From the NCBI GenBank assembly GCA_963749915.1, contig CAVVOP010000005.1, positions 416,001 through 480,000 of the forward strand: a DNA stretch of 64,000 bases, in the 5' to 3' direction. This document shows positions 32,455 through 43,482 of this stretch, piece after piece. The translations under genes were made by a program, and so were the position numbers. Position 1 is the first letter of the stretch. The number at the start of each line of letters is the position of its first letter. The notes beneath the pieces were generated by a model. It was not told the DNA's origin and ran no database searches. It worked only from the letters and a program-made list of their open reading frames with translations. The stretch is from an uncultured cyanobacterium (GTDB taxonomy: Bacteria > Cyanobacteriota > Cyanobacteriia > Cyanobacteriales > Cyanobacteriaceae).

Positions 32455-34629
32455 ATGAGCGGAAATAATTCACGAGTTCAAGCAATTAGCCAGATCACAA
32501 ATCGAGAAATCAAGGCGTTTAACACTCCTGAACGATTAGAAGATATGTGGGCAAAAGATGTTTTTACCCTCAGCAAGATGCAAGAATGTCTCCCCAAGGG
32601 TATTTTCAAATCCTTAAAAAGGACAATCCAAACAGGGGAACCCCTTGACGTATCTATCGCTGATGTGGTAGCTACAGCTATGAGAGATTGGGCAATTTCT
32701 AAAAAAGCACTGTACTACGCCCATGTATTTTATCCCCTCACCAACTCCACCGCTGAAAAACATGACGGTTTTGTATCCGTACAAGGTGACGGCTCTGTGA
32801 TTTCGGAATTTGCTGGTAAAGTATTAGTAAAAGGCGAACCTGATGGCTCATCTTTTCCTAATGGTGGTATTCGTTCTACTTTTGAAGCGAGGGGTTATAC
32901 GGCTTGGGATGTCACTAGCCCTGCTTATGTCATGGAAACCGATAACGGCGTAACTCTGTGTATTCCTACCGTATTTATCTCTTGGACGGGGGAAGCATTA
33001 GACAAGAAAACTCCTCTATTGCGGTCTAATGCCGCCATGGATAAGGCCGCACGGAAGGTATTAAAATTATTAGGCCATACAGACATAGCTCCTGTTAATT
33101 CCAGTTGTGGTGCAGAACAAGAATACTTTTTGATAGATTCTAATTTTGCCCATAGTCGTCCGGATTTATTACTAGCAGGAAGAACTTTGTTCGGTAAACC
33201 TTCGGCTAAAGGACAAGAATTTGATGATCATTACTTTGGTGCAATTCCCGAACGAGTACAAGTCTTCATGCAAGATGTGGAAGAATCCATGTATCGCCTA
33301 GGTATTCCTGCTAAAACCAGACATAATGAAGTCGCACCTGGGCAATTTGAACTTGCACCCTTTTTTGAAGCCGCTAATGTGGCAACGGATCATCAACAGT
33401 TAACCATGACAATTTTACGAAAAACGGCGAAAAAACATGGTTTTGTTTGCCTACTCCATGAAAAGCCCTTTGCGGGGATTAATGGTTCTGGTAAACATGT
33501 CAACTGGTCTGTAGGCAATGCTACCCAAGGTAATTTATTAGATCCAGGTGACACTCCCCATGCTAATGCACAATTTTTGGTTTTCTGCGGTGCCGTAATT
33601 CGAGGAGTGCATAAATATGGTCCTCTTTTACGTGCGGTAGTGGCAACGGCAAGCAATGATCATCGTCTTGGTGCCAATGAAGCCCCCCCTGCTATTATTT
33701 CGGTGTATTTAGGCTCACAATTGGAGGATGTTTTCGAGCAAATTCGTAACGGGAAAGTAACAGGATCGAAGGAAGCTCAGGTCATGAATATCGGTATTGA
33801 TACCTTACCAGAATTCCCCAAAGATCCAGGTGACAGAAATCGTACATCACCTTTTGCATTTACGGGCAATCGTTTCGAGTTTCGGGCTGTTGGTTCCAAT
33901 CAGTCTGTTGCAGGACCTCTGGTGGCTATGAATACTATCTTAGCGGAGTCTTTAGATTGGATTGCGGGAGAGTTAGAGAGTGAATTGGCAAAAGGGACAG
34001 AACTCAATACCGCTATTCACAAAATTCTCCAGGAAATTATGGATAAACACGGTAATGTCGTTTTCGGTGGCAACGGTTACTCTCCTGAATGGCACAAAAT
34101 GGCAGTGGAAGAACGAGGTTTAGCCAATTTACCCACCACTGCTGACGCTTTGCCCGTTTTAGCAGAAAAATATATTGAAGAATTGTTCGAGAAAACTGGG
34201 GTTCTTTCTCCTGTAGAATTAGAAAGCCGTTATGAGGTCTATACCGAGCAATATTTATTGTCCATCGAGGTTGAGGCTAAATTAGTAATTAGTATGGCTA
34301 AAACTACTATCTACCCGGCAGCTATGAAATATTTATCTAATCTCACAAATACAATGGCTAGTCTTAAGGGTATCGGCATCGAGGTGGATAAAACTACCGT
34401 GAAAGAAGTATCAACCTTGGCGGATTCTATGATGGCAGAAGTTCACAAATTAAGTGAGGCGATCACTAAACATGATTTTGAAAGTACTCAAGCCCATCTT
34501 CAATATTATGCGAAAACTGTCCGCCCATTAATGGATGAAGTGCGTAAATATGCCGATGCGCTTGAGGCAGAAATTGCTGATGAATTGTGGCCTTTACCCA
34601 CCTATCAGGAGATGTTATTCATCAAATAG
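32455..34629 (+). CDS. glnN: Glutamine synthetase type III
   Basis: 724 aa; [31 protein letters not shown] and [18 protein letters not shown] motifs. Confidence 0.97.
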   Translation: MSGNNSRVQAISQITNREIKAFNTPERLEDMWAKDVFTLSKMQECLPKGIFKSLKRTIQTGEPLDVSIADVVATAMRDWAISKKALYYAHVFYPLTNSTAEKHDGFVSVQGDGSVISEFAGKVLVKGEPDGSSFPNGGIRSTFEARGYTAWDVTSPAYVMETDNGVTLCIPTVFISWTGEALDKKTPLLRSNAAMDKAARKVLKLLGHTDIAPVNSSCGAEQEYFLIDSNFAHSRPDLLLAGRTLFGKPSAKGQEFDDHYFGAIPERVQVFMQDVEESMYRLGIPAKTRHNEVAPGQFELAPFFEAANVATDHQQLTMTILRKTAKKHGFVCLLHEKPFAGINGSGKHVNWSVGNATQGNLLDPGDTPHANAQFLVFCGAVIRGVHKYGPLLRAVVATASNDHRLGANEAPPAIISVYLGSQLEDVFEQIRNGKVTGSKEAQVMNIGIDTLPEFPKDPGDRNRTSPFAFTGNRFEFRAVGSNQSVAGPLVAMNTILAESLDWIAGELESELAKGTELNTAIHKILQEIMDKHGNVVFGGNGYSPEWHKMAVEERGLANLPTTADALPVLAEKYIEELFEKTGVLSPVELESRYEVYTEQYLLSIEVEAKLVISMAKTTIYPAAMKYLSNLTNTMASLKGIGIEVDKTTVKEVSTLADSMMAEVHKLSEAITKHDFESTQAHLQYYAKTVRPLMDEVRKYADALEAEIADELWPLPTYQEMLFIK

Positions 34630-34688
34630 ATTGTTGGGGTGATCATAAGTAAGAAGTAATTGATTCTGTTGGCGAACTTAACATTTAA

Positions 34689-34786
34689 CGGCAGATAAGG
34701 CAGAGGCAGAAGCAAGGGATAAGTAAAAAGGAGAAAAGCTTAATCCTTCTTCTCTTCATATTTCTGCCGCCTCCTGCCTTCGGCAG
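34689..34786. terminator. Long GGCAGA/TCTGCC inverted-repeat structure between convergent glnN and truB
   Basis: AAGGCAGAGGCAGAA can pair with TTCTGCCGCCTCCTGCCTT; purine-rich then pyrimidine-rich arms. Confidence 0.5.
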
Positions 34787-34839
34787 TTTTGGACTCTGTA
34801 AGACTGACTTGTGCCAGAGTTCCAGAAGAGCGAGAAGAT

Positions 34840-35724
34840 CTAAGTAATAACTACTTTTGGTTTAATGATTTTTACACCTTCATTTATCCTTAATTCACCG
34901 ATACCGATAAACTCAGAAAGATGATTATAAGTACGATAAAATTGATTATTTTTGCTTTCATTTGTCATAATTTTTTGACCTTGACACCATCGTGTACTAT
35001 CATCTTTATTTAGGTCAATAATAGGCAAATTTTGCAAGGGAAAATCAAGATTAATTAAGTGTAAATTGTCTTTTTCTTTTTCTTGAATTATTTGCTCAAA
35101 ATTTAAGCTGTTTTCTATGATCATCCCAGAGCTAAGAGTTCTATTTAAAGAGGATAAGGTTGCTCCTATACCTAATTTTTCTCCTAAGTCACGAGCAATG
35201 GATCTGATATAAGTTCCAGCATCGCAAAAAATATGTAAACCCAACTCAGGAAATTCGCCATTTTCCCAGTATAAAATATTAATTTTAGTAATTTTTACCT
35301 CCCTTTTTGGTATATCTATTATTTGCCCTCTTCTCGCTAATTCATATAACTTTTTGCCGTCTTGTTTTATGGCACTATAAGCTGGAGGAATCTGCCCAAT
35401 TTTACCGATAAAATCTTGTAAATAAGGCGTAATTTCCTCCAAAGTCAAATCAAAAGCTGAACTTTTTTTTAGAATATGTCCTTCTAAATCATCGGTAGTC
35501 GTAACTATTCCGAACTTAATTTTCGCTTCATAAGCTTTCCCTGTTGGTAAAAATTGTAATAATCGAGTGGCTTTCCCGATCGCTATAGGTAAAACTCCCG
35601 TAGCGGAAGGATCTAAGGTACCACCATGACCAATTTTTTTCGTTTTCAAAATCCTTCTCAATTTGGCAACACAATCATGAGAAGTAAAATTTTGTGGTTT
35701 ATTTAAGTTAAGAAAACCATCCAT
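34840..35724 (-). CDS. truB: tRNA pseudouridine-55 synthase
   Basis: KIGHGGTLDP.ATGVL, QIPPAYSAIK.DG and GTYIRS motifs. ATG 35724 preferred. Confidence 0.96.
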   Translation of the reverse strand: MDGFLNLNKPQNFTSHDCVAKLRRILKTKKIGHGGTLDPSATGVLPIAIGKATRLLQFLPTGKAYEAKIKFGIVTTTDDLEGHILKKSSAFDLTLEEITPYLQDFIGKIGQIPPAYSAIKQDGKKLYELARRGQIIDIPKREVKITKINILYWENGEFPELGLHIFCDAGTYIRSIARDLGEKLGIGATLSSLNRTLSSGMIIENSLNFEQIIQEKEKDNLHLINLDFPLQNLPIIDLNKDDSTRWCQGQKIMTNESKNNQFYRTYNHLSEFIGIGELRINEGVKIIKPKVVIT

Positions 35725-35834
35725 AGAAAAACCATCCAATTTGGATTGAGGAACAGGGCTGTCGAGTATTAATTAGTTAGGGAGTCGGGAGTTAGGAGAC
35801 GATTAAAAAATTTATAACTATGGTAGCCCTCTTT

Positions 35835-36902
35835 TTATTCAGTTAATCCAAAAACACGATTAACGGATTTTTCGATTTTATAACCAGAATCAATGGATTC
35901 CAAAGGATCTTTTCTCAAGCGGTGACGCAGACATAAAGGCATCACTCGGCGAATATCATCCACCGTGACTTCCGTACGAGATTCAAAAGCCGCCAATGCC
36001 TTAGCCGCACGGTTAGTTACAATGTCCCCCCTCAAACCATCAATATCTAATTCCGAACAAATTTCCGACACTTTTATGCGAATATCATAGTCAATGGTGA
36101 CTTGGGGTAATAGTTTTTGAGCTTGAACCAATTTTTTTTGTAATTCCCGTTGTTGCGATTCATATCGATCCAAGAAACCTTGAGGATCACGGTCAAATTC
36201 CGCTCTTTGTTCCACAATTTGCACCCTTAAATTAGGTTCTTTCACTGTATGGATTTCTGCGTGCATACCAAAACGATCCAATAATTGAGGGCGCAATTCT
36301 CCTTCTTCGGGATTTCCTGAACCCACCAACACAAAACGGGCGGGGTGACGGATAGAAATACCCTCTCTTTCCACAGTATTCCAGCCACTAGCGGCGGAGT
36401 CAAGTAATACATCCACTAGGTGATCATCAAGTAAGTTAACCTCGTCCACATAAAGAATGCCCCGGTTTGCTTTCGCTAGTAATCCGGGTTCAAAAGCTTT
36501 TACTCCCTCTGATAGTGCTTTTTCAATATCGATTGTACCACACACTCTATCTTCTGTAGCACCTAAAGGTAAATCCACCATGGGCACTTTTTTCTGGATA
36601 ATGTCTAATTGTTCCTGACGATCAATTTTTTCTCTCACATCATCAGCCATCATTTCCACATCTATGGGAGAAGAGTTAAAAGGATCTCCGGCTACCACAT
36701 CAATCTCCGGCAACAAGTCAGCTAAAGCCCGAATCGTGGTGGATTTTCCTGTACCTCGATCGCCCATAATCATTACCCCCCCCACCTTGGGGTCAATGAC
36801 GTTGAGTAGTAAAGCAAGCTTCATTTGTTCTTGTCCGACAATAGCTGTAAAAGGAAAAACTACACGACGATTTTTAGGAGGAGCTTGTAAAGTTGCGGTC
36901 AT
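35835..36902 (-). CDS. chlI: Magnesium chelatase ATPase subunit I
   Basis: [27 protein letters not shown] and [17 protein letters not shown] motifs. Confidence 0.97.
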   Translation of the reverse strand: MTATLQAPPKNRRVVFPFTAIVGQEQMKLALLLNVIDPKVGGVMIMGDRGTGKSTTIRALADLLPEIDVVAGDPFNSSPIDVEMMADDVREKIDRQEQLDIIQKKVPMVDLPLGATEDRVCGTIDIEKALSEGVKAFEPGLLAKANRGILYVDEVNLLDDHLVDVLLDSAASGWNTVEREGISIRHPARFVLVGSGNPEEGELRPQLLDRFGMHAEIHTVKEPNLRVQIVEQRAEFDRDPQGFLDRYESQQRELQKKLVQAQKLLPQVTIDYDIRIKVSEICSELDIDGLRGDIVTNRAAKALAAFESRTEVTVDDIRRVMPLCLRHRLRKDPLESIDSGYKIEKSVNRVFGLTE

Positions 36903-37105
36903 AATTTTTTATAAAAAGATTGACAGAAGAATTATATTTAATTTAGTGCAATGTAAATAAGCATAACCTTTTTATCATATTAGTTTGTTCAAAACCCGTC
37001 AAATAAATGGCATTTACTGAAAAATGTTGTATATAGGAATTAATAAATAATAAATGGTTCGTTGTGGTGTATTGCCTTTGTTAACTGTTAATTGTTAGTT
37101 ATTTA

Positions 37106-38545
37106 TTACCCCACACTGCCTTCCAATTTGAGACTTAAAAGTTTATCGGCCTCCGCAGCAAATTCCATCGGTAACTTGTTTAAAACGTCTTTACAGAATC
37201 CACTTACTAACATCGATACTGCATCTTCCTCCGATATACCTCGTTGAGCAAAATAGAACAACTGATCTTCACCGATTTTTGAGGTAGAGGCTTCATGTTC
37301 GACTTTAGCACGACTATTATCGACTTGAATATAAGGAAAAGTGTTAGCTTCTGCGTTATCACCGATTAGCATCGAATCGCATTGAGAGTAATTTCTGGCG
37401 CCACTAGCTTTATTACCTATTTTCACTAACCCACGATAGCTATTTTTCGAGTTTCCTGCAGATATTCCCTTAGAAATAATTGTACTGCGAGTATTTTTGC
37501 CAATATGCACCATCTTAGTGCCAGTATCGGCTTGTTGCATATTATTTGTCAAGGCGATGGAGTAAAATTCACCCACAGAATTATCACCTACCAAAACACA
37601 ACTAGGATATTTCCATGTTATAGCAGATCCTGTCTCCACTTGAGTCCAAGAAATTTTCGAGTTAACCCCTTTACATAAACCGCGCTTGGTGACAAAGTTA
37701 TAAATACCGCCTTTACCGTTTTCATCCCCAGCATACCAATTTTGCACAGTGGAATATTTAATGTCAGCATTATCTAAAGCCACTAATTCCACCACCGCCG
37801 CATGAAGTTGATTGCTATCATACATAGGAGCAGTACAACCCTCAAGGTAACTTACTGATGCACCTTCCTCCGCCACAATTAAAGTACGTTCAAATTGCCC
37901 TGTATCACCGTTATTAATACGAAAATAAGTAGATAATTCCATCGGACATTTTACCCCTTTGGGAATAAATACGAAAGAACCATCACTAAACACTGCAGAA
38001 TTAAGGGCGGCGAAATAATTATCGGCGAAAGGGACAACAGTCCCTAAGTATTTTTGTACTAACTGAGGATGTTCCTGTAAGGCTTCGGAAATTGAGCAAA
38101 AAATAACACCGTCTTTAGCTAATTTTTCCTTAAAAGTTGTGCCGATAGAAACACTATCAAAAATCGCATCAACGGCAACATTACTTAATCGTTTTTGCTC
38201 AGATAAGGAAATACCCAGTTTTTCAAAGGTTTCAAGTAAAGTGGGATCAACTTCCTCTAAACTATCTAATTTCTTTTTCTCTTGTTTTGGTGCCGAGTAA
38301 TAAATAATATCTTGATAGTTAATGGTCGGGTAGTCCACATGAGGCCATTTTGGTTCAGCCATTTTCAACCATTGACCATAAGCCTTGAGGCGGAACTCTA
38401 ACATAAATTTGGGCTCTTTTTTCTTGGCAGAAATCAATCTGACGACATCTTCACTTAATCCCTTGGGGATCGTATCAGATTCAATGTCCGTCACAAATCC
38501 GTATTTATAAGGCTGATTAACTAGGGTTTTAACGGAAGCACTCAT
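37106..38545 (-). CDS. sufB: Fe-S cluster assembly protein SufB
   Basis: [26 protein letters not shown] and EHEASTS motifs. ATG 38545 preferred. Confidence 0.97.
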   Translation of the reverse strand: MSASVKTLVNQPYKYGFVTDIESDTIPKGLSEDVVRLISAKKKEPKFMLEFRLKAYGQWLKMAEPKWPHVDYPTINYQDIIYYSAPKQEKKKLDSLEEVDPTLLETFEKLGISLSEQKRLSNVAVDAIFDSVSIGTTFKEKLAKDGVIFCSISEALQEHPQLVQKYLGTVVPFADNYFAALNSAVFSDGSFVFIPKGVKCPMELSTYFRINNGDTGQFERTLIVAEEGASVSYLEGCTAPMYDSNQLHAAVVELVALDNADIKYSTVQNWYAGDENGKGGIYNFVTKRGLCKGVNSKISWTQVETGSAITWKYPSCVLVGDNSVGEFYSIALTNNMQQADTGTKMVHIGKNTRSTIISKGISAGNSKNSYRGLVKIGNKASGARNYSQCDSMLIGDNAEANTFPYIQVDNSRAKVEHEASTSKIGEDQLFYFAQRGISEEDAVSMLVSGFCKDVLNKLPMEFAAEADKLLSLKLEGSVG

Positions 38546-38588
38546 ATTAATTTTCAAATATAGTTATAGTGATGATTAAATAGTTTAA

Positions 38589-38642
38589 CAACATTTTTGT
38601 TGCTAAAGTCTATTTTATAATAGTTTAACAATATTTTTCTTA
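38589..38642. promoter_or_regulatory. Paired SufR operators upstream of sufB
   Basis: Perfect CAAC-ATTTTT-GTTG at 38589-38602 and imperfect CAAT-ATTTTT-CTTA at 38629-38642, separated by 26 bp. Confidence 0.85.
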
Positions 38643-38840
38643 CTAAATATCCTCGAACCTGAAAAAAAATTGGGATTTTTATCTCTCCAGTAGACGTCTC
38701 CACAAGATAGTCTGCATTCCTAATTTCAATAAAAAGTATAAGTTGGTACGGTTGTTGTCGAGATTTTTATGAAGAAAAAAGACAAACAGCAATATTTGAT
38801 TCTCCATGATTATTCGGCAAATGTAATCTGTCAACATCTG

Positions 38841-39656
38841 TTAAAAAACGCGATGCTGCAAACAAGGCATTTGTTGACGCACCTGTTGTAATCTTTGGGG
38901 ATTTATTTCGGCGATGGCAACACCAATTTGAGAACCAGTAGTGGCCAAAATTGAACCCCACGGATCGACAATCATTCCATGACCATGAGTAAAACGACGA
39001 GCGTAATGATTCCCAGTTTGAGCTGGTGCAATGATATAAGCTGTATTTTCGATGGCTCTTGCTTGTAACAAAACTTGCCAATGGTCTTTCCCCGTATAAG
39101 CAGTAAAAGCCGCTGGAATAAACACAACTTCAGCCCCTTGACGGGATAAATGACGATAAACTTCGGGAAAACGGACATCATAACAGATGGATAGCCCCAA
39201 TTTACCTAAATCACCACCATCATAAACCGAAGGTAAACTAGATCCAGCCTTTACGGTGTTAGACTCGTGATAATTATTACCATCAGGCACATTAACATCA
39301 AATAAGTGTACTTTGTCATAGCGAGTCAACTCTAAACCATTAGGGTCAATTAAAATAGCAGTATTATGAGCCTTAGATTGATCGTCCAGACAAGGAGTGG
39401 GAAAACCGCCCCCTAAAATGGTTACTTGAAAACGTTGTGCCATGCGAATCAAAAACTTTTCACTTTTATTAGCAATAGTCTCAACCTGAGCAATTTTTTC
39501 CTGATCACTGCCCAAAAACGAGAAATTTTCAGGTAAGGCAATTAATTTTGCCCCCTGATTAACCGCTAATTCGATTAATTCCTCTGCCTGAGTGAGATTT
39601 TTGTCAACATCAGGAGTGCTGGTCATGCAAACCGCCGCCGCAAGATATGATTTCAT
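38841..39656 (-). CDS. Carbon-nitrogen hydrolase (Nit1/deaminated glutathione amidase-like)
   Basis: LPENF, YDKVHLFD, ICYDVRFPE and ARAIEN motifs. Confidence 0.92.
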   Translation of the reverse strand: MKSYLAAAVCMTSTPDVDKNLTQAEELIELAVNQGAKLIALPENFSFLGSDQEKIAQVETIANKSEKFLIRMAQRFQVTILGGGFPTPCLDDQSKAHNTAILIDPNGLELTRYDKVHLFDVNVPDGNNYHESNTVKAGSSLPSVYDGGDLGKLGLSICYDVRFPEVYRHLSRQGAEVVFIPAAFTAYTGKDHWQVLLQARAIENTAYIIAPAQTGNHYARRFTHGHGMIVDPWGSILATTGSQIGVAIAEINPQRLQQVRQQMPCLQHRVF

Positions 39657-39700
39657 GTGTGATTTAATATACTTAACAAAATAAGGTTGTCTAACCCCAT

Positions 39701-40441
39701 CTAACCAATAAATTCAAGATAACTTTGAGTTAGTCCTTTTACTGCCAACTCGTAGAACTGTTGACCGTGTTCAGGAGTTGCCAAAGCTGGATTAGATCCC
39801 ATTCTACCATCAGGGTAGCAACCACGAAAATTAGTTGCCCCATAAATTGAATGTCCTTTGCCCACTTCTTCACTCAAAGGTACATTTTTAATGACATCAG
39901 GATAGATAAATTGAGTCAACGCCACTTCGGAAGGGGTAGCATGAGATCCTTCTTCCTCTCCATATAATTTTTTAGCCAATAAATAAACCTCCCGTGTCAT
40001 AAACCAATTGGCAATTCTACACTTTACCTGATCACCATGAGCTAAATTTAAACTCTCCAAATGATCATAAATTTGGGAAAAAGCTGCTTTGAGTGTGGGA
40101 ATATTACCACCATGACCATTGATAAAAAAGAACTTGCGAAAACCGGCCTTAGCTAAGGAAGTAACATAATCTTGAATATAAAGAATTAAAGTTGTGGGAC
40201 GTAAGCTAATGGTACCCGGGAAACCCATATGATGGAGAGCCATACCCACATTAATTGTCGGTGCTAACATAGCCTTAATATTCTCTGTGACCCCCATGGC
40301 AACTTTTTGGGCACAAATGGCATCCGTACCAATTAATCCTGTAGGTCCGTGTTGTTCTGTTGAGCCGATGGGTATAATAATAGCATCATTATCTTGTAAA
40401 TAAGTTTCTACTTCTGTCCAAGTACACAAATGTAACTGCAT
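39701..40441 (-). CDS. Creatininase-family protein
   Basis: GSTEQHGP, GTD, NGHGGN and HA...E motifs. Confidence 0.9.
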   Translation of the reverse strand: MQLHLCTWTEVETYLQDNDAIIIPIGSTEQHGPTGLIGTDAICAQKVAMGVTENIKAMLAPTINVGMALHHMGFPGTISLRPTTLILYIQDYVTSLAKAGFRKFFFINGHGGNIPTLKAAFSQIYDHLESLNLAHGDQVKCRIANWFMTREVYLLAKKLYGEEEGSHATPSEVALTQFIYPDVIKNVPLSEEVGKGHSIYGATNFRGCYPDGRMGSNPALATPEHGQQFYELAVKGLTQSYLEFIG

Positions 40442-40538
40442 TTTTGTTTCTAAAATAAATTTTTGATATTCTATAATTTATAGAAGTTAGACTATTGTTA
40501 TTCTAAGTTAAGATTACTGCAAAAATATTTGAACTATC

Positions 40539-40952
40539 ATGATTCAACTTCAAGATCAGCCCATTCAGGAAACCAATAATTTGGGGACAAATACTTATTC
40601 TCTAGAAAACTACATTACCGAAACTCGCCCTTGGGGTACATTTACCACCCTTGAAGAAGGACCTGGTTATAAAATTAAACGCATAGAAGTCAATCCCGGT
40701 CACCGTCTCAGCCTACAAATGCACCATCATCGTAGTGAGCATTGGATTGTGGTTTCTGGCACTGCAAAAGTAGAATGTGGGGAGGAAATAAAAATTTTAG
40801 CGGCTAATGAATCCACTTATGTTCCCCAATGTACTAGCCATCGCCTGGAAAATCCTGGGGTTATTAAATTAATTTTAATTGAAGTGCAAAACGGTGAATA
40901 TTTAGGGGAAGATGATATTATTCGTTTTCGAGATGATTACGCAAGACAATGA
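40539..40952 (+). CDS. Mannose-6-phosphate isomerase type II C-terminal cupin
   Basis: RPWG, LSLQMHHHRSEHW, HRLENPG and GEYLGEDDI motifs. Confidence 0.92.
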   Translation: MIQLQDQPIQETNNLGTNTYSLENYITETRPWGTFTTLEEGPGYKIKRIEVNPGHRLSLQMHHHRSEHWIVVSGTAKVECGEEIKILAANESTYVPQCTSHRLENPGVIKLILIEVQNGEYLGEDDIIRFRDDYARQ

Positions 40953-41031
40953 ATAATTAACAATTAACAATTAACAATGAACAAAGGCGATTAACCTTTA
41001 TTCACTATGGACTATTCATTATTAACTATTT

Positions 41032-41361
41032 ATGATTAACCTTACTGAAACAGCGATCGCCGAAGTAAAAAGACTACGATCAAGTTTAGAGTTGACCACT
41101 AGCTATGTAAGGATACAAATAACAAAAGGCGGTTGTGCCGATTATGTCTATGAATTAAACTTAGACTCACAACCTCAACAAGAAGATCGTCAATTTTCCC
41201 ATGATTCTGACACTAATATTATTGTTGATCCCCATAGCTATCAATATTTACAAAACCTAAGGATAGATTATACAGAAGATTTAATGGGAGGTGCATTTCA
41301 ATTTAAAAATCCTGATATTACGAATCACTGCACCTGTGGTTTATCTTTTGTCCTAGATTAA
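41032..41361 (+). CDS. HesB/IscA-family Fe-S assembly accessory protein
   Basis: GGC..Y.Y and F.F.NP....CTCGLSF motifs. Confidence 0.9.
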   Translation: MINLTETAIAEVKRLRSSLELTTSYVRIQITKGGCADYVYELNLDSQPQQEDRQFSHDSDTNIIVDPHSYQYLQNLRIDYTEDLMGGAFQFKNPDITNHCTCGLSFVLD

Positions 41362-41389
41362 TGATCAACAATTAATTATTAAATATTAC

Positions 41390-41608
41390 ATGGATATATC
41401 CAACATAAAATCGGGGGATCGAGTAAAAGTAATCGAGCTACCATTGTATATAAAAACTGCTGATCCCATGCCCATGTTGCGATCGCCTAGTGTGATTTCC
41501 TTAGGAGAAGAAGGTATTATTTTAAATCCACGTCCAGCAGGTTATTGGGCGATTCGTTTTACTCAAGGTTGTTTTTTATTGGAGAGTAAATATTTTCGGG
41601 TGGTTTAA
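41390..41608 (+). CDS. sipA: NblS/Hik33-interacting protein SipA (DUF3148)
   Basis: YIKTADPMPMLR and RP.GYWAIRF..G.FL motifs. Confidence 0.85.
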   Translation: MDISNIKSGDRVKVIELPLYIKTADPMPMLRSPSVISLGEEGIILNPRPAGYWAIRFTQGCFLLESKYFRVV

Positions 41609-41750
41609 TTTTTTTTCCCCCAAGGTAAAGATGGGAAGACGCAAAGTTAAATTAGTTCTGAGTTGGGAGTTATAATGTCTTGAGAGATAATATCAGGGAT
41701 TTTCTTTACTTTTATTGTCAACCGTCTATTGTCTATTGTTTCCCATTTTT

Positions 41751-42188
41751 ATGACAAAATTAACCCCTAAAGAGATTTTTAAGAAAGGTTTTATTATTCT
41801 TTCAGGCCTGGCTTTTTTCTGGTTTTCCGCTTCTAGTATTCTTAAGATGGTTACTCAGCCGGCAACTCCTCCAGTTAATCAAAGTCAGGGTGAAAATTCT
41901 CCCCCCGAATCAATAATATTGCAGAATCAAGCGAAAGGTTATGAGTTAGTCTTATCTAAAGAACCTGATAATCGTTTTGCATTAGAAAAATTGGTGGAAA
42001 TTTATCTACAATCCCGAAATTTATCCGCTGCTTTGCCTTTAATGGAAAAATTAGTTACTATTGAGCCTCAAAATGAACGTTATCAAGAGGTTTTGAAGAT
42101 TATTAAACAAGGTTTAGCACAGGAAAAATCTCCAACTCAACCTTCCATTAACTCTCCCAACAATAATGAAGAAAATAAAGAAAAATAG
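41751..42188 (+). CDS. Membrane-anchored TPR protein
   Basis: TM segment, then GYELVLSKEPDN..ALEKL. ATG 41751 preferred. Confidence 0.75.
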   Translation: MTKLTPKEIFKKGFIILSGLAFFWFSASSILKMVTQPATPPVNQSQGENSPPESIILQNQAKGYELVLSKEPDNRFALEKLVEIYLQSRNLSAALPLMEKLVTIEPQNERYQEVLKIIKQGLAQEKSPTQPSINSPNNNEENKEK

Positions 42189-42241
42189 TGTAAACTCTAA
42201 GGTTAATCTTTGTTACTTCTTGATCTCACCATAGCATTTAC

Positions 42242-43423
42242 ATGAAAATTCCTGTTCTTGATTTAAAGCCTCAATATCAACAACTTAAAGCGGAAATTGA
42301 TCGGGCCATCGCCAATGTATTAGAATCAACACAATTCGTATTAGGATCTGAAGTTAAACTATTAGAAAGTGAAATTGCTAATTATTTAGGAGTTAAACAC
42401 GCTATTGGGGTTAATTCTGGTACAGACGCGTTGATTATCGCTTTACGGGCTTTAAATATCGGGGCAGAAGATGAAGTTATTACCACTTCTTTTTCCTTTT
42501 ACGCCACAGCTGAGTCTATCAGTTTAGTGGGTGCAAAACCTATTTTTGCTGATGTTCAAGAAGATAGTTTTAACATAGATTTCAGCAAAATTAAAGACAA
42601 AATTACCAGTAAAACTAAGGCTATCATCCCCGTGCATCTCTATGGACAACCTGCCGCCATGACAGAAATAAATACCATTGCCCAAGAATATGGCCTAAAA
42701 GTCGTCGAAGATTGCGCTCAGGCTTTTGGCGCAGTTTATTATGGGGATTGTCTTGGATGTCATCAAAGTTGTGATGATGACCAACGGCAACAAATAACAG
42801 GCAAATATGTCGGTAGTATTGGCGATGTGGGGGCATATTCATTTTATCCAACGAAAAATTTAGGTGCTTATGGTGATGCCGGCATGATTGTTACTAACAG
42901 TGATGAAATTGACGAATTGGCAAAAATGTTACGAGTTCATGGTGCAAAGAAAAATTATCAGAATGAATTATTAGGTTATAATTCTCGTCTTGATAGTTTA
43001 CAAGCCTGTATTTTAAGGGTGAAATTAAAGTACATTGATCAATGGAATAAAACTAGAAGAAATATCGCTGAAAATTATAATCAACTATTATCAAATAATC
43101 CCAATATTATTACTCCCAATATTACTAAAGGTCATGTTTTTCATCAATACACTATTAGAATTACTAACGGAAAACGAGATCAATTAAAAGATTATTTGGC
43201 AAATTTAGGCATCGGCAGTATGATTTATTATCCGATTCCTCAAGATCAATTACCAGTTTATAAAGGACAATATCAACCTAATTCTGTTACTATGAAATTA
43301 GCTCAAGAAGTGCTAAGCCTGCCAATTTTTCCTGAATTATCCTTAGAAAAAGTAGCAGAAGTTGCCCAAGCTATTAATAATTTCCGTGGTCCTGTAGACG
43401 TAGTGATCAGACAAAATAACTGA
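42242..43423 (+). CDS. DegT/DnrJ/EryC1/StrS aminotransferase
   Basis: NSGTDAL, PVHLYG, EDCAQA, SFYPTKNLG and GYNSRLD motifs. Confidence 0.94.
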   Translation: MKIPVLDLKPQYQQLKAEIDRAIANVLESTQFVLGSEVKLLESEIANYLGVKHAIGVNSGTDALIIALRALNIGAEDEVITTSFSFYATAESISLVGAKPIFADVQEDSFNIDFSKIKDKITSKTKAIIPVHLYGQPAAMTEINTIAQEYGLKVVEDCAQAFGAVYYGDCLGCHQSCDDDQRQQITGKYVGSIGDVGAYSFYPTKNLGAYGDAGMIVTNSDEIDELAKMLRVHGAKKNYQNELLGYNSRLDSLQACILRVKLKYIDQWNKTRRNIAENYNQLLSNNPNIITPNITKGHVFHQYTIRITNGKRDQLKDYLANLGIGSMIYYPIPQDQLPVYKGQYQPNSVTMKLAQEVLSLPIFPELSLEKVAEVAQAINNFRGPVDVVIRQNN

Positions 43424-43482
43424 TTAGTTAATACCCTACGCCAAAGAATTTTTCAATTAGTATCGAAAGCTTCAATTTGTTC

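Noticed and set aside
35711..35739. Duplication of the truB start region (AAAACCATCCA x2) giving an MDGFS extension
   Set aside because: It looks like a short slippage duplication. The upstream copy has TTG and no evident function.
38580..38647. 28-bp direct repeats as a mini-CRISPR
   Set aside because: Only two copies with a 12-bp gap and no cas genes; explained by the SufR operators.
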